Assembly (NCBI GenBank): GCA_943704425.1 | Contig: CALSCP010002677.1 | Location: forward strand, 28,884-76,580 | Length of the DNA stretch: 47,697 nt | Direction: 5' to 3' | From: Ministeria vibrans ATCC 50519 | Lineage: Eukaryota; Protista; Filasterea | Shown here: piece by piece, positions 12,749-26,977 of the stretch | Layout of the letters: the number at the start of each line of letters is the position of its first letter | How positions within the stretch are numbered: the stretch's first letter is position 1 | Notes under the pieces: generated by a model | What the model saw: the letters and a program-made list of their open reading frames with translations, nothing else | Told to the model about the DNA's origin: nothing | Database searches by the model: none | Made by a program: the position numbers and the translations under genes

Positions 12749-13277
12749 GTTCTCTAGGATGATGTGTCTGTTTCGAGCGATGTCACATATGTATGAGTAT
12801 TTAATTTTAATAATAATAGTACTCATATTATAATCTCGCGTGCTCACTCTTTATTGCAGATGATCCAAGCGGCGTCGAAGCAGATGAATCCGCGCGAATA
12901 CATGGAAACGGAGCTCATTAGTAGGATCAGCGCTTGCTTTGTGCCTATTGTTTTTTGCAGATCCTCTTACTCCCTTCTTCTTCTTCTTCTTCTTCTTAGA
13001 GCAACTGATTGTGTCGTACTTTAAGATTGTGCGGAAGAACATCCAAGACGCAGTGCCCAAGGCCATTATGCACTTTCTGGTCAACTGGATCCGTGAGAAT
13101 GTCCAGCAACGTCTTGTTGTCGAGTTGTACTCGGAGAAGCGCTTCAACGCGCTGCTCGAAGAGTCCCCAGTTGTTGCGGCACGGCGCACCGCCACGTCCC
13201 GGCTGCTCGAGGCCCTGCAGCGCGCACAAGCCGTTCTCGGCGAGGTCAAAGGCGAAATGCACGCGGAGCGTCTCTGA
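9227..13277 (+). CDS. DNM1L: Dynamin-related protein 1 (mitochondrial/peroxisomal fission GTPase), multi-exon
   Basis: The N-terminus [67 protein letters not shown] closely resembles Drp1. Also present: [28 protein letters not shown], middle domain [11 protein letters not shown], and [27 protein letters not shown]. No PH or PRD domain. Confidence 0.95.
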
Positions 13278-13628
13278 TGCCCCTCACTCGTGTACTACTG
13301 AGACATTAAAAATCACCACACACGCATTTTTATCATGATTGTTATTTCTGTTGTCGTCGCTATTGAATACTAATAATATTAATTGTTTTTATTCATGATA
13401 CAGTCATCAGATCCACAACAAAAGCACAAGTGCAATTGCAATGGTACGCCATACTCTAGTGGGGGAGGGGGGGAGNNNNNNNNNGGGGGGGTGGAGCTTG
13501 GGGCCAATAAGAAGAACCTAATTAGGGCTAAGAAGAAGACCACCCATAGCAGTAACGAATTTTTCACGTTCGAGCAATGGAACCAATCAAAGTCAGGCGT
13601 TCGTTGCGTTTATTTGTTTTTCATATTG

Positions 13629-16600
13629 CTACAGAGCATCGCACATTCCGCGAAGAACGGGATCGGGAATGCGCTGGAGAAGACGGTCGGGAAGACTGTC
13701 AGCCAGGGCACGGTGAGCCTTATTGCTGGTGAGAGAAATAGGGGCGAGACGCGTCACAATGAGCAGTGCGCGACGCAGGAGAGCACAGCGGCCCTTGGCA
13801 ACGTACGGGCCCGTCTGTGAGCGACTAAGTACCAGTCCGGTCGATCGCAAACAAAGAGTGTCGAGACGCGACAGCGCACGCAGACAGCAGGGCGTCAGGT
13901 GTGATACCATCATTGTGTGAACGGCGGCCGAGCCGTCCTCCACCAGCGCCAGTGCCGCTTCGAGAGCCAGTTCGCTTGTCAGCATTGTGTCCAGTAGCGC
14001 ATTCGCAGGCTCCTCGTCAAAGAACCGACGTGACCAGCTGTCGGCAGAGACAGGAAAAAGCGCGTCCACGTCGCGTTCGTCGCGCGGACCCTCAATCAGT
14101 GCAACCAGGGCCGAGGGACTGCGCTCGGCGACCATGCGTACGCAAAGACGCAGACAACGCGACGGTTCCAGCGACTCCACTTGCATGGCCATGGCTGCGG
14201 CAACAGCACAACAGGCTGGCTCGCGCACTTCGGGGTCCTCCTCTTGCACGAGCCACACGAGCGACGACCACAGTTGTCCCGTGTGGTCGGGCGACAAGCC
14301 GTGTCGTCCACCCACAGTGTTGCCACCAAACCGTCGTGCAAATGCAAGAATCGCTCGAGCAGCAACCACGCGCGACTCGAGCGGTGCGGAGGGTACTGCA
14401 AGCGATGCAACCAACGCAATCCATTTGGGGGTTAGATGTGGGCCGCGCACAATACCGCCGTACAAGAGAAGCGCCGCCGCCGCTGGCAGTAATTCAATCT
14501 CTTCCCTCCAACGCTCGGCTACCGCCACCAACAGCGCCTCGTCGTTACCCAGATTGTCCGCACGCAATGACTCAGGCGCCACTTCCAAGAGGATCTCGCG
14601 TTCGCTCAGACGCAAGTCAGGGTCATCGGTAGGTACACATCGAGCACGAAGAGTTCCTGACAACACGCATCGCAGCGTACGCTGCCCCGTGGGAGTTGTC
14701 CATGCCTGTGGCACAAGAATAAGACGACGCAGAGCAGATGCAACTACGCGAGCGTCCACCGCCTCCGCCACAAGCTGCTCACAACACTCGAGCATCTCTG
14801 CAGTGCTTGCAGCACACTCAAGACAACACAATGCGGCCTGCTCGCGCAGCATAGAGGCACCCGCAACGCGATCCACACCAGAGATGCCTATCTGCTGGTG
14901 CACCACGTCCGACGAGGCAGCCACCAATGCCTGGCGCAGTGGTTCCGCATCATCGCAGGTGCCACCGCTCACAGCCACACGCCACATCGCCTGACCTGCC
15001 TCGAGCGCCAATGCGCGAGTCAATGAACACGGATTGCGATCACAAGCAAAGCGTTCCACGGTCGTCGTCAAGACACGCACAAGTTGGGGTGTGCAGTGAG
15101 CGTAGTCCGAGCGCTGGTGGGCAACCGCTCGCACCAAGGCAAGACGTCCGTGCAGGGCATTCTGATGAGCCAAAGACGCCTCGCTCAGCGACTGAAGCAG
15201 CTCGGAAGTCACTTGGTCGCGCGAGAGAATGTTGCAGAGCGCACGTGCGGCCAGAATACGGGCATGGAGCTGACGTGACTCGATACACTGAGCACGCACA
15301 AGACCAATAAGGCGGTTAAAATCGATTTGGACAGCGGGGGCGACAAGAGGCGCGAGGCGCACAAGAACTGTGAGTGCAGCCACCGCATCGGCGCGCTCCC
15401 CGTCGCCTGTGGTACGCTCAAGTGTCGTTTCAAGAAGCAGAAGCAACGAGCGATGGCGCGCAAAAAAATCGTTTGCTGCAACAGAGGGTGTTTCACGAGC
15501 GCCGCACGCGCGCGTCATCGCCGCACCATACAGGTAGGTGCAGGCATTGCGAACGGCAAAGACAGGCGAGGCAAAGCCGCGGATGGCGAGTTCAAGAGCG
15601 CGCCCAGCCGAATCGATGGTGATGCCCACAAGACGTGTGTCTCGAAAGACACGCAGTGCCGAGAACATGGCACGCACTTGCACCAGATCGGCATTGTGCA
15701 CATCATCGGAGTGCGCCACGGGCTCAGACGCCACGTCGAGAAGGCGGTTAAGTGAGGCACGCACCAGGGGCTGTGTTCCGGCGCGAGGCTCGCTTGCCAG
15801 ACATCCAAGTAGCATGAGGGGTAGTCCTGCGCCACGGCGTGTCACTGATACCTTGGCAAGACTCACCTGCTCGTCGATGGCCGCGTTCACCCACAACGCA
15901 GGAAACGACGCGAGCTGCTTGTCTCGATGAAATACGGTGCAAATGGTCTCCCACGACACGGCAAGGCGTTCCACAAGGCCCTTGTGCCGGGATCGACTCA
16001 CCGTTGTACCCACAAGCTGCGCCACAGCGGCCGCTTCGTCCACCGAGATGAGCCGACTCTCGCCAATCGGGACATGCTGCAGCACAGCGGCCAGCAGTGC
16101 ACCTGCTTCGGTCACAGTGGTCCACAGCACATTGTGCACCTGCTGTTGCTCGTCGTTCAGTGCTCCGTCCAGCTGTGAGTCATTCTCCGTCTCGGACTCA
16201 GTGGCCATCAACTAAAACAGAGGCAAGAAAACAGACAACGTGGCGTTGGTTGAGCACTCGTAAAAAAAAAAAACACACACACACGCACAGTTGTTTTTCT
16301 TCTTTGCGTAACTTACCTCCGAGGCGACACGATAAATGTCAGCAAACGAGGGCACAACACGATCGCGCACCGTTGGATGATGCGTCATAAGATGGTCCAC
16401 CGAGGTGATGACGGCCTCGCAGTGATGGAGAATGCGTACAATGGTGTCGCGCCAGGCTGCGTGTGACTCTGCGCTGCTACTGCTGCTCTTAACAATGGTG
16501 TCGCGCGAGTCTTCGACACATCGGCGCAGGCACATGAGCGGACCGTGGCCGCGGAAGAGTGCTCGTGCACCCGATTCGGCGGTGGAAAAGGTGCCTGCAA

Positions 16601-19397
16601 GCGAAAGCCAGTGCTCGAGAGAGAGCAGAGGGGTGTTGGGTGCACTGGCAAACGCCAGTGAGGCATACGCAGCCGCTGCGGCACAGTCAAGGCCCCGCAA
16701 GCCGGTAAAGAGGCTCTGTGCACGCTCGACGAGCGACCACGTTGTGGCGGTAGTAGGATCCAACTCCTTGGTGTAGTACAGCCTTAGTGTGTCGTACGAG
16801 CTCACACGCACTGCCTCAAATCCGTCCTCAAGTGCACTCAGCAGCCGATGGATGGCAAGTGGCGATCGCAGCGCCTCGTCTACACCCAGGGCAGCGGAGG
16901 TCGTCGCGACACCACTACTGCTACCGCTGCTGCCAAAAAAGAGATCGCAGGCAGCACGTAGAATAAGAATACCCACAAGACGGCGTGTAAAAGGCGCTGT
17001 GGGAGCGCAGGCGTCGACCGCGACGCTGACAAGACGGTGAAAGAGCGAGCGCGACCGTTGGACAATGTCGTTGCCGCGTGTTTTGTTGTACTCTCGCGAG
17101 CGAGACATATGGCGAAGAGCCTGATGAGTGCTAGAGGCAATGCGTTGAAAGGTGCGCTTGAAGACACCCGCAAGTTGTTGGCGATGACTCGACGTGCTGC
17201 CACAGCCGTGACAGGCGTGCTCGACGAGGGAAAAGAGAAACTCCGCCTCGCGTGTGCCCAGTGGATCAGTGTCGCGATGAGCAGTGGCCAGGAGCAGCGC
17301 CGTCTCGCCGCGGAGTGTGGTGTCGTTGCAGCCCATGGCAAGCCAGATGATGTTGGCGCGCCGCACGAACGCGAGCCAGTCGGGAGAGGGAGACGGGGGA
17401 GCAGGAGAGGGAGACAACGCATTGGCGTCAAGCTCGTCCTCTTGTTGTGCGACAGTCTCATTCTCGTCTTCGTCGTTGGGATCATCGTCGGGGGTGGTAA
17501 GGAGACGGTCAAAGGGAGTGTCAAAAGAGACGCCGTGAGTGCGTGCCAGAGTGAAGAGGATGATGCACAGTCGCGTGACGGCCATCGGATGCGCGGCGAA
17601 GCGCGTCGAGGCGGCATTGACAAGACGCTCAAGGGCTGCAAGGCCAAACAGTTTGATGGGTGCAATGAAGAATCGATCGAGAAGACCACGCTGAATCATG
17701 AGATAGTCATCGAGTGTGAGGAGCGACGAGAAGGCGGCAGGAGGTGTTGGGAGGGTGACCAGGTCAACTAGGGTGCCTGCGGGTGCACACCAGGTGCGAA
17801 ACCAGTCGTCGCACGACGAGTGACGGCGCACCAGTGTCGCATACAGGTCGGTGACGGTGGAGCGCAGTAGAGAGCTTCCGGCGGCACGAAACATGTCTAG
17901 AATGAGTGTGCGGTCGCGCAGAAACACGTGTGCGGGCAGCACGGCCACAAGAAGAGAAAGGATTGTATAGCGCGGCTTAACAAGCCAACTGGTAGCAAGC
18001 ACACGCGCATGAATTTGCTCCAGTTCGCTCTGGGCGTGTGCTTCGTCATGGTGGCGCCACAGGGCAACGAGTTGGAGCAGTGCCACAATAGTTTCGCGAC
18101 ACTGTTCGCGCACGCCGTCGACGGGACTGTCACACAACGAGAGGGCCCGTTGAAGCACCTCGGTGGTGAACCATGTCTTGTCGACGGTAGTGCACGTAAG
18201 AAGAGCGTGTGCCTCGGCAGCAGTGGGCGCTTTGTTGACAAGGGACGCCAGCATGGTGAGAAGATCGGCGTAAAGGGCGAGAGTGACACGGTAGGTGCGC
18301 AAGTGTCGGTCGGCGTGCGGGTCATTAATTTTGTCGACAAGTGGGGCGACATGAGACCACAACAGGGGGACGCAACGATGATCATTTGTAGCGAGAAGGG
18401 CCCGTGGATCGTGCACGATTACGGCACGAACCAGGGTTGCAATATCAAGAGGATCCTCCAGGTCGCCCACTGCTTTGATGTGAAGGGTGTCGAAAAGATC
18501 GCGTGCGGCGCTGTCGTTATTGAAAAGGTTACGTGCGGCGTTGTCGTTGTCGAGTGGATGATTGCCAAAGAAGTAGCGTTCGTAGATGGCGGCGGAGCGT
18601 GCAGAATCGCCGTTGCACACCAAGAGGGTCGAGGCCACCAGGCCAACGGCGGCGACGGTCGCCGCTTCACGGGGCAACGACTCGTCGGCAAGGATGCCGG
18701 CGCACACCTTACACAATGCCACAACAGTGTCGGAGGTGGGTGCGCACTCGTCGGGTCGACTCAGGACAGTGACTGCAAGGCGTAGCAGCGCAAGAAGGTC
18801 TTGCCACAGCGCGTGTGTCTGGCTCGTGTTCAGTGCGTTCATTGTGCTGCGTAGCCGAGTCACAAGGCATTCTGCAAACTTTCGATTACTCACAAGTAGT
18901 GCTGCCAGACCCACTTCGGCGGTGGGACCTGTTGCAAGAGCGCCGCAGTGCGACTGGAGCAAGACACCAACATGCTCATGGTCGGACGACTTGATGGAAC
19001 GCGCAAACGCCAGAAGGGATTGTGCTTGGCCTTGAACAAGCGCGTCGTAGACATGATGGCCTGGAGAGGTGGTGTAGCCCGGGAGGCGAGTCGCAGTGCG
19101 CTGCAGCACGCGTCGTGCCCAGGGAAGCTGAAGAGGCAGTCCGATGGCGCATCCAAGCGCAAACGCAACAGCGCGCACGACGCTCTCGGGGGACGCCTCC
19201 TTGGCCAGATCCATTGATTCAAGCAACCGTTGTTGCGATACTCCACTCGCGTCGGCGGATACGGCGGCGAGTGGAGGTGGGAGAAGTGAGGATGTGTCGA
19301 ATAGGATCAGAGAGTTTGATGCCGTCGCCATCTTTCGGCGTTTTGCAGTTGCATCACCACCGCCGGCCTCAACTTGTGACGAGTGGTATGGGCGCAT
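13629..19397 (-). CDS. THADA: THADA/Trm732 armadillo-repeat protein (tRNA position-32 2'-O-methylation cofactor), two exons
   Basis: Two long ORFs are joined by a GTAAGT..TTTTAG intron at 16316-16212. DUF2428-type motif VTRRGAGLPLMLLGCLASEP and FASPVFAVRNACTYLY are present. About 1,900 aa, all helical repeats. Confidence 0.85.
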
Positions 19398-19568
19398 GGG
19401 AAAGCAAATAATAATAAAAAGAATAAAAAGACTAAGACTGATAAATAAAAGACATGAGTCTCTGACTTACATACTGTGGTGAGTTGGTCTCACTGGTCTT
19501 TATTATCAATAATTATGAATTAACAGAATTATCAATTTATCTTGTTTGCTTGTTGCGTTGCTGCTTGC

Positions 19569-20067
19569 ATGGACGATTGGGACGCCGCCGATGATCCGGG
19601 GACAGACGTCTTCCAGAGTGCAAATCAACATGCTGCTCAAAAAGCATTGGAGAAGGTACGCTGTCTTGTTTCGCGGCGTTTGCTCATATGCCTACCGCTC
19701 TCTGTTCCGCCGATGGGTATAGAACGCCTTTGTGGAGGGTGCGGCGAAGGGACGAGACGCAGGACGACAGGATGGCTTTGAGCACGCGTGGGCAGAGTCT
19801 GCACGCATTGGCGCACAGTGGGGCGTCGCACGCGGCGTGGTCGACACGCTCAGCGTGGTAATGGGTTCTGCCTTGCCGTCGCCGTCACAGGAGGCGTCGT
19901 TGACTGCCCTCAGCGACGCTCGTGCGCTTCTGGAATCCGTTGAAGATCCCTCCAATACCCTTCGTATGAGTACGGCCCTTGCCTCAGCCCAACGTGTTGT
20001 TTCCACCACCCTTCAGTTGCCAGCGACCCTTCTTGAGATCCCCACGCCCCCGTCACTCCAAAAATAA
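19569..20067 (+). CDS. YAE1: Yae1/Lto1-family small protein (GX3-repeat motif; cytosolic Fe-S targeting adaptor)
   Basis: MDDWD... exon, intron 19656-19722, then NAFVEGAAKGRDAGRQDGFEHAWAESARIGAQWG (GX3-like repeat). Confidence 0.65.
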
Positions 20068-20380
20068 CACCAGAGCGAGCGCAAGCGAAGGGCAAAGCGA
20101 TCAAAAGGTACAACTGTCATCTGTCCTTTCTTCTCTCTTCTCCCTCCTCTCGCCTCTCACCTCTCTCTCTCTTTCTCTCTTCCTTTCATTTTTCGTTGTT
20201 CATATGACTTGTTGACTTGCTGATTTGTTTTTTTTTTGTCGATTTTATAATCATATTAAATGATTGTAATAATAGAATTATATAATAATTTTTTTGATGG
20301 TCTCATCAAAAAAACGTTCGTATTCGTGTCTGTGGATTCGATTGTGTCACAATAATTTCACCTAACAAAGCTTTTTATTC

Positions 20381-21421
20381 ATGCAGGCACTCGACCAAGC
20401 GCCTGCTACCACCACCACTACTACTTGTGATGACGACAGCAGTGTCACACTCACAGTGCGCAATGTGCATTCGATCGACGTGTACAATTTGCCTCTGTAC
20501 GAGATCTTTCTTGTTGTTGACGTTCGCGATCGCGCTCGCTACGACGCCGGACACATGGCAACGGCGTGCAATTTTCCACCTGGTGACGAACATGGACACA
20601 CGGAGGAGTCGAAGGAGGGGCGTCTTGGACGACTGCAACAGCTCCTTTGTCGACTGATTGAGGAGGGACTTGCACCCGAGACGTGGGAACCCATCATTGT
20701 GTATGGCGATCCTCAGACGGACCCGGCCGACGCGGAGCGCGTTGACTGGCTCATTGAGCAGTTGCGCGAGTTTCGCCGACTGAACCAGGCAGAGAAGCTG
20801 ACTAAGGGCGGACCACTGGCACGGATGGCGCAGGGGGCGCGCACAGTGTGGCGGGTGGACGCACCGGGGTTTGCGCGCACCTACCCGCCTCTGTGGACGC
20901 GTGCGCTCGGCGTCGAAGAGATGGTGCCGCTGCCGTGTCACGCGGTGGACGGTCTCTTTATTGGCAATCGCTTTTGTCGACTCAGTGCGGCATGGATGCA
21001 TCCCATGGGCGTCCGACATGCGATTGTGTCAAGCAACTTTGCAGTTGAGCAGCAGCAGCGGTACGGCGAACAGGAGACGATTGCGGATGTGTGCTATCTG
21101 CGTGTCGACCACCTCGACGGACCACACGAGCCCATGGACGCAGTTTTTCATGCCGCAGTGGCCTTTGTGCGGCAGGCTCACGACAAAGCCAGCGAAGACG
21201 GGACACGCAACAGTCACAATGTGGTCTTGCAGCTGCATGGGCGCAGCAAGTCTGCCTCGCTTGCCATTGCCATCCTCATGGCAGGCACTACGCGCATCCC
21301 CGCACACTCTTTCTCCGCCGCACTCGCCCACGTCCGTACAGCGTGTCCTCAAGCTGATACCGCACATATGCACCTCGACCAGCTCCGACGATTTGCAGTC
21401 GCTCCGCTGTCCATTCAATGA
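20381..21421 (+). CDS. Rhodanese + dual-specificity-phosphatase-like protein, probably catalytically dead (MK-STYX/STYXL1-like)
   Basis: Rhodanese/CH2 motif LVVDVRDRARYDAGHMATACN. DSP elements: DGLFIGN, GVRHAIV, YLRVDHLDG...MDAVFHAAVAFV, and a P-loop remnant VVLQLHGRSKSASLAIAILM lacking the catalytic Cys. Single exon. Confidence 0.75.
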   Translation: MQALDQAPATTTTTTCDDDSSVTLTVRNVHSIDVYNLPLYEIFLVVDVRDRARYDAGHMATACNFPPGDEHGHTEESKEGRLGRLQQLLCRLIEEGLAPETWEPIIVYGDPQTDPADAERVDWLIEQLREFRRLNQAEKLTKGGPLARMAQGARTVWRVDAPGFARTYPPLWTRALGVEEMVPLPCHAVDGLFIGNRFCRLSAAWMHPMGVRHAIVSSNFAVEQQQRYGEQETIADVCYLRVDHLDGPHEPMDAVFHAAVAFVRQAHDKASEDGTRNSHNVVLQLHGRSKSASLAIAILMAGTTRIPAHSFSAALAHVRTACPQADTAHMHLDQLRRFAVAPLSIQ

Positions 21422-21461
21422 AGAAAAAAAAAAACTTTATATTTGTATTATAATAATGATG

Positions 21462-23482
<2,021 letters not shown>

Positions 23483-23624
23483 AGGGATGGTAAGAAGCTC
23501 TAGACACTACTGAGTAGTAGACAGTGTCTTTGCGTGGTGACTGTATCTTAAATTTATTAAATATAATAAATATCTTAATACAATTCACTTTTATTAGTTT
23601 GTTTTATATATCTTTTTCTTACAG

Positions 23625-24488
23625 ATGTCCGAACACTCTCTTGGCGCCCTGTTTGACCAGGCACTTGCTCTTGAGCAGAAAATTGAAAATGGCGCGGCAG
23701 GCAATGAGAGAGAGACACGCGTAAGAAAAGGGCTTTTTTGCTCGTGTTCTGACGGCACTCCTTAGGCGGCCGTCGACAAGTGCTACAGCATACTAGTGCA
23801 GGTGCAGCAAGGGGTGGTGTCGCAGTCGACGTTTAGCGCCAACGAGGAGCTCGACGACATTTCGACTCCCGACCTGCGACTCATTCTTGTCGATGCAGTT
23901 CTGGCCAGCGTACTCCAACGGCGCCACTCGGCGCCCATTGGACCCGATGGAAATATGGATGACTTTGCTGCGCAGCGCGGCGCCACGCTTCGTCAGGTGC
24001 TGGTGTTGCTGAAGGACTTTCTCAATCGATGCGACTCGCTCAAGCTGCTCAGTGCGGAGGACCAGGCGACGCTGCGATCCTACTGCGAAGAAGATGGCAG
24101 CATTGATGGGACGGTGGGTGGACGTGAGGCCAAGTCGGACCCCAATGCGCAGCGTGCCGCAAAAATTGCGGCGTACAAGCGTCAGAAGGAAACTAAGGCG
24201 CGTCTCACCGAACTGAGTGCGCAACTGACAGCGCGCAACGACCGACGCACAAAGACAGGAACCGGCGAAGTGGGCGATGGTGACGATGAGCTTGACCGCG
24301 ATCACATGCGAGCTCTGATCGACGTGTGGGTGCTGCGTGCAAGCGAAGATCTCGTGTTGGTTGCACGCGAAATCGACATGCTGCGCACTCCCCGTCCCTC
24401 TCCCGCGCAGCTCGCCGAACTCCGCCAAAACGCTCCTCCCGTATCGAATATTCACAATTTTAGAGAGAGAAAAAAAAAANNNNNNNNN

Positions 24489-24571
<83 letters not shown>

Positions 24572-25176
24572 TCTCTCTCTGTGGTGTGTGTCTGTGTTAG
24601 TTTGAGCATGTTCTTGTGCAACCCTCTCTGTGCCGTCTTGCTCTGTCTGATCTTTAACTCTCTCTCTCTCTCTTTCTATCTCTTGCGTCTCAGGCACGGA
24701 AACCAACGGTGATCACCAAGGACATGATCCAAAAACAGGTGTTTGGCGAAGGGTACCCGTCGCTGCCTACCATGTCGCTTGACGATTGGGCCAAGATCGA
24801 AATGGCCAACATGGTGACGGGTGGCGGGGCACCGCAGCGCAATGGCGATGACACGGTTGTCGGGGAGTTCACCGAGACGCGCGCAGACGGTGTCCGAGCG
24901 TACGCCTCAAATGATATCATTTTGTGTCCTTTGTGTGTTTATTGTGAGAGTGTAGGACTTCTGGACAATTGGGGGCCAGCAAGGCGACTGGGGATGAGAG
25001 CAGTGACAGTGATGAGGAGATTGATGGTGGGGCAAAACTGGACAAGAAACGTGCTTGGGACAATTACAAAGACGGTACTCAAAGTGATAGAAGGAAGAGA
25101 CTAATTTTGTGTGTGGCTCATTTTTGTACCCGTAGATCATAAGCGAGGCGAAGGAAATCGACATAACATGGGATAA
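23625..25176 (+). CDS. IGBP1: TAP42/alpha4 PP2A-family phosphatase regulator, multi-exon
   Basis: Motifs FSANEELDDISTPDLR, RAAKIAAYKRQKE, VFGEGYPSLPTMSLDDW, and C-terminal RAWDNYKDDHKRGEGNRHNMG* after splicing. A short N gap lies in an intron. Confidence 0.9.
24489..24580. repeat. (CT)n microsatellite in an IGBP1 intron
   Basis: Directly visible, next to a short N gap. Confidence 0.9.
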
Positions 25177-25212
25177 AGAATGTTTTTTTTTGTAGTACAA
25201 TATTGCATCGGT

Positions 25213-26737
25213 TCATGAATAATAATATGTCAGAGTGTCCTCGATCCCCTCGTACAGTGAGAAGACATCGGAGTAGCCGAGAACACGCGCGGCGTATGCG
25301 GGGTCGTACGGCTGGTTGGCGTATGTGTGGCGCACGGCAGCAGGGACAAGCTGGAACGCAGCATGTTTGAGGTGCCCACGCGTGAACCTATATCATCTCA
25401 CAGAAAAAGAGAGAGAGACAGTTTAGATTGGGTTTGGGTTACGGTCATTTCTTTGTATGCATGGATACCAGTTGATTGTGGTTGTGACGGATGATATCCA
25501 GCGCATGAGTCGTTCTGGCTTGTATGTGAATGCGTTGAAGGAGAGGCGGCGCATGACTTGAGTGCGCCACTGGTGCTGAGGTATCGTTCCATCCGTGTTG
25601 CCCACAAACAGTGCGTGTCCGCCCACGGGACTGTCTGGTGTGCGGGCCAGATGCCGCGCAGCACACAGGTGCCACTCCACAAGATTCTTCACGTAGACCA
25701 TGCAGTGTACAACACTTTCGTTGCCAAAATGAACGTATTTCTTGGGCTTGAGGAACAGTTGCTCGGTTATGAGCCGGTCGCGAGGGCCAAACACGTAATC
25801 GGGACGCAATGCAATGGTGCGCGTGACACCACGACCGTGCGCCGCTCTAATCAGCGCCTCTGCCTCCTTCTTGCAGTGTCCATACGTTGAAATGGGCGTT
25901 GGGTTCTNNNNNNNNNNNNNNNNNNNNNNNNNNNNNNNNNNNNNNNNNNNNNNNNNNNNNNNNNNNNNNNNNNNNNNNNNNNNNNNNNNNNNNNNNNNNN
26001 NNNNNAATCGGGACGCAATGCAATGGTGCGCGTGACACCACGACCGTGCGCCGCTCTAATCAGCGCCTCTGCCTCCTTCTTGCAGTGTCCATACGTTGAA
26101 ATGGGCGTTGGGTTCTCACGCAGAGCGCGTTCTTCGTTGATCGAGTCGTCGCGTGAGAGTCCGTCAAACACGGCCGAGATGGAGCTGGTATACACAAGCT
26201 GCTCAACGCCCTGTGTGATGCACGCGTTGATCACGTTGGCTGTCCCAACCAAATTGACATTGTGGACCTAGCAAGGGATCACGAGTGAGAGGAGAGCGAG
26301 AGAGTGAGTGCGAGTGCGCTTACCAACGTCGCGTCTGTGTAGCGCATCGCAACGACAGCAGCAGTGTGGAACACAGTTTCGGCACCTTCGACAAGCTTGA
26401 GCATTGCCTGAGCATCCTGCACGTCCGCAACGAGGTGCTTGACGAAAGGAGGGAGATTGGCAAGGGGTGAATTTGGCATGAGCGGATGCGCACCGGCCGC
26501 CCGAATCTCGTCGTACTCGCCGTCTGCCGCAAGTCTCTCGATGAGATGGGATCCAAAAAAGCCACGGGCCCCTGTTACAACAACGACGCGGTGTTTTCGT
26601 TTGCTTGGAGGCTTGGCAGAAGGAGCATTGACCAAAGGTGGAACGGACATCTTTCGAATGGACTGCCGAGGAAAGTAGTGCTCTCGCAAGAGCACAATGG
26701 CTGCCAGAACGGCTCCAATTGACCATACGACGATCAT
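25213..26737 (-). CDS. 3-beta-HSD/NSDHL-like extended SDR, tandem copy A (interrupted by an assembly gap)
   Basis: N-terminal hydrophobic anchor, TGARGFFG, VFHTAA, NLVGTANVINAC, YTSSISAVF, catalytic YGHCK, ALRP..FGPRD. Introns at 26323-26268 and 25468-25388. Confidence 0.8.
25908..26005. other. Assembly gap flanked by a 111-bp exact duplication (25797-25907 = 26006-26116)
   Basis: Identical sequence on both sides of the Ns, typical of unmerged overlapping contig ends. Confidence 0.8.
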
Positions 26738-26977
26738 AAGCTTGAAAACCTAGTCTTATTACAAAAGTAAAGATAAGTTGGAAAACGAAATCTGCAAACG
26801 TTTTGGTTTTGGTACTTGATCTATCTTTATTTATTTTTCTATTATTTTATTTTTGTGATGCTCTTTGCTTTGTATATAGTCTTGTTTTGACATTGAGTAC
26901 AGCTCTCGATTCTCTCTATATAATAATAATATTTCTTATTGTGTATTCTCTTTATTATTATTAATAATATAATTGGC

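Noticed and set aside
13455-13495. G-tract with G-quadruplex potential between Drp1 and THADA
   Set aside because: It is interrupted by Ns, so the true sequence is unknown.
13723-19482. Many long antisense or alternate-frame ORFs over THADA and other GC-rich exons
   Set aside because: They are shadow ORFs of GC-rich coding DNA with no recognisable motifs.
25797-26116. Apparent internal duplication or third copy in NSDHL-like copy A
   Set aside because: An exact duplication flanking Ns is best explained as unmerged contig overlap.
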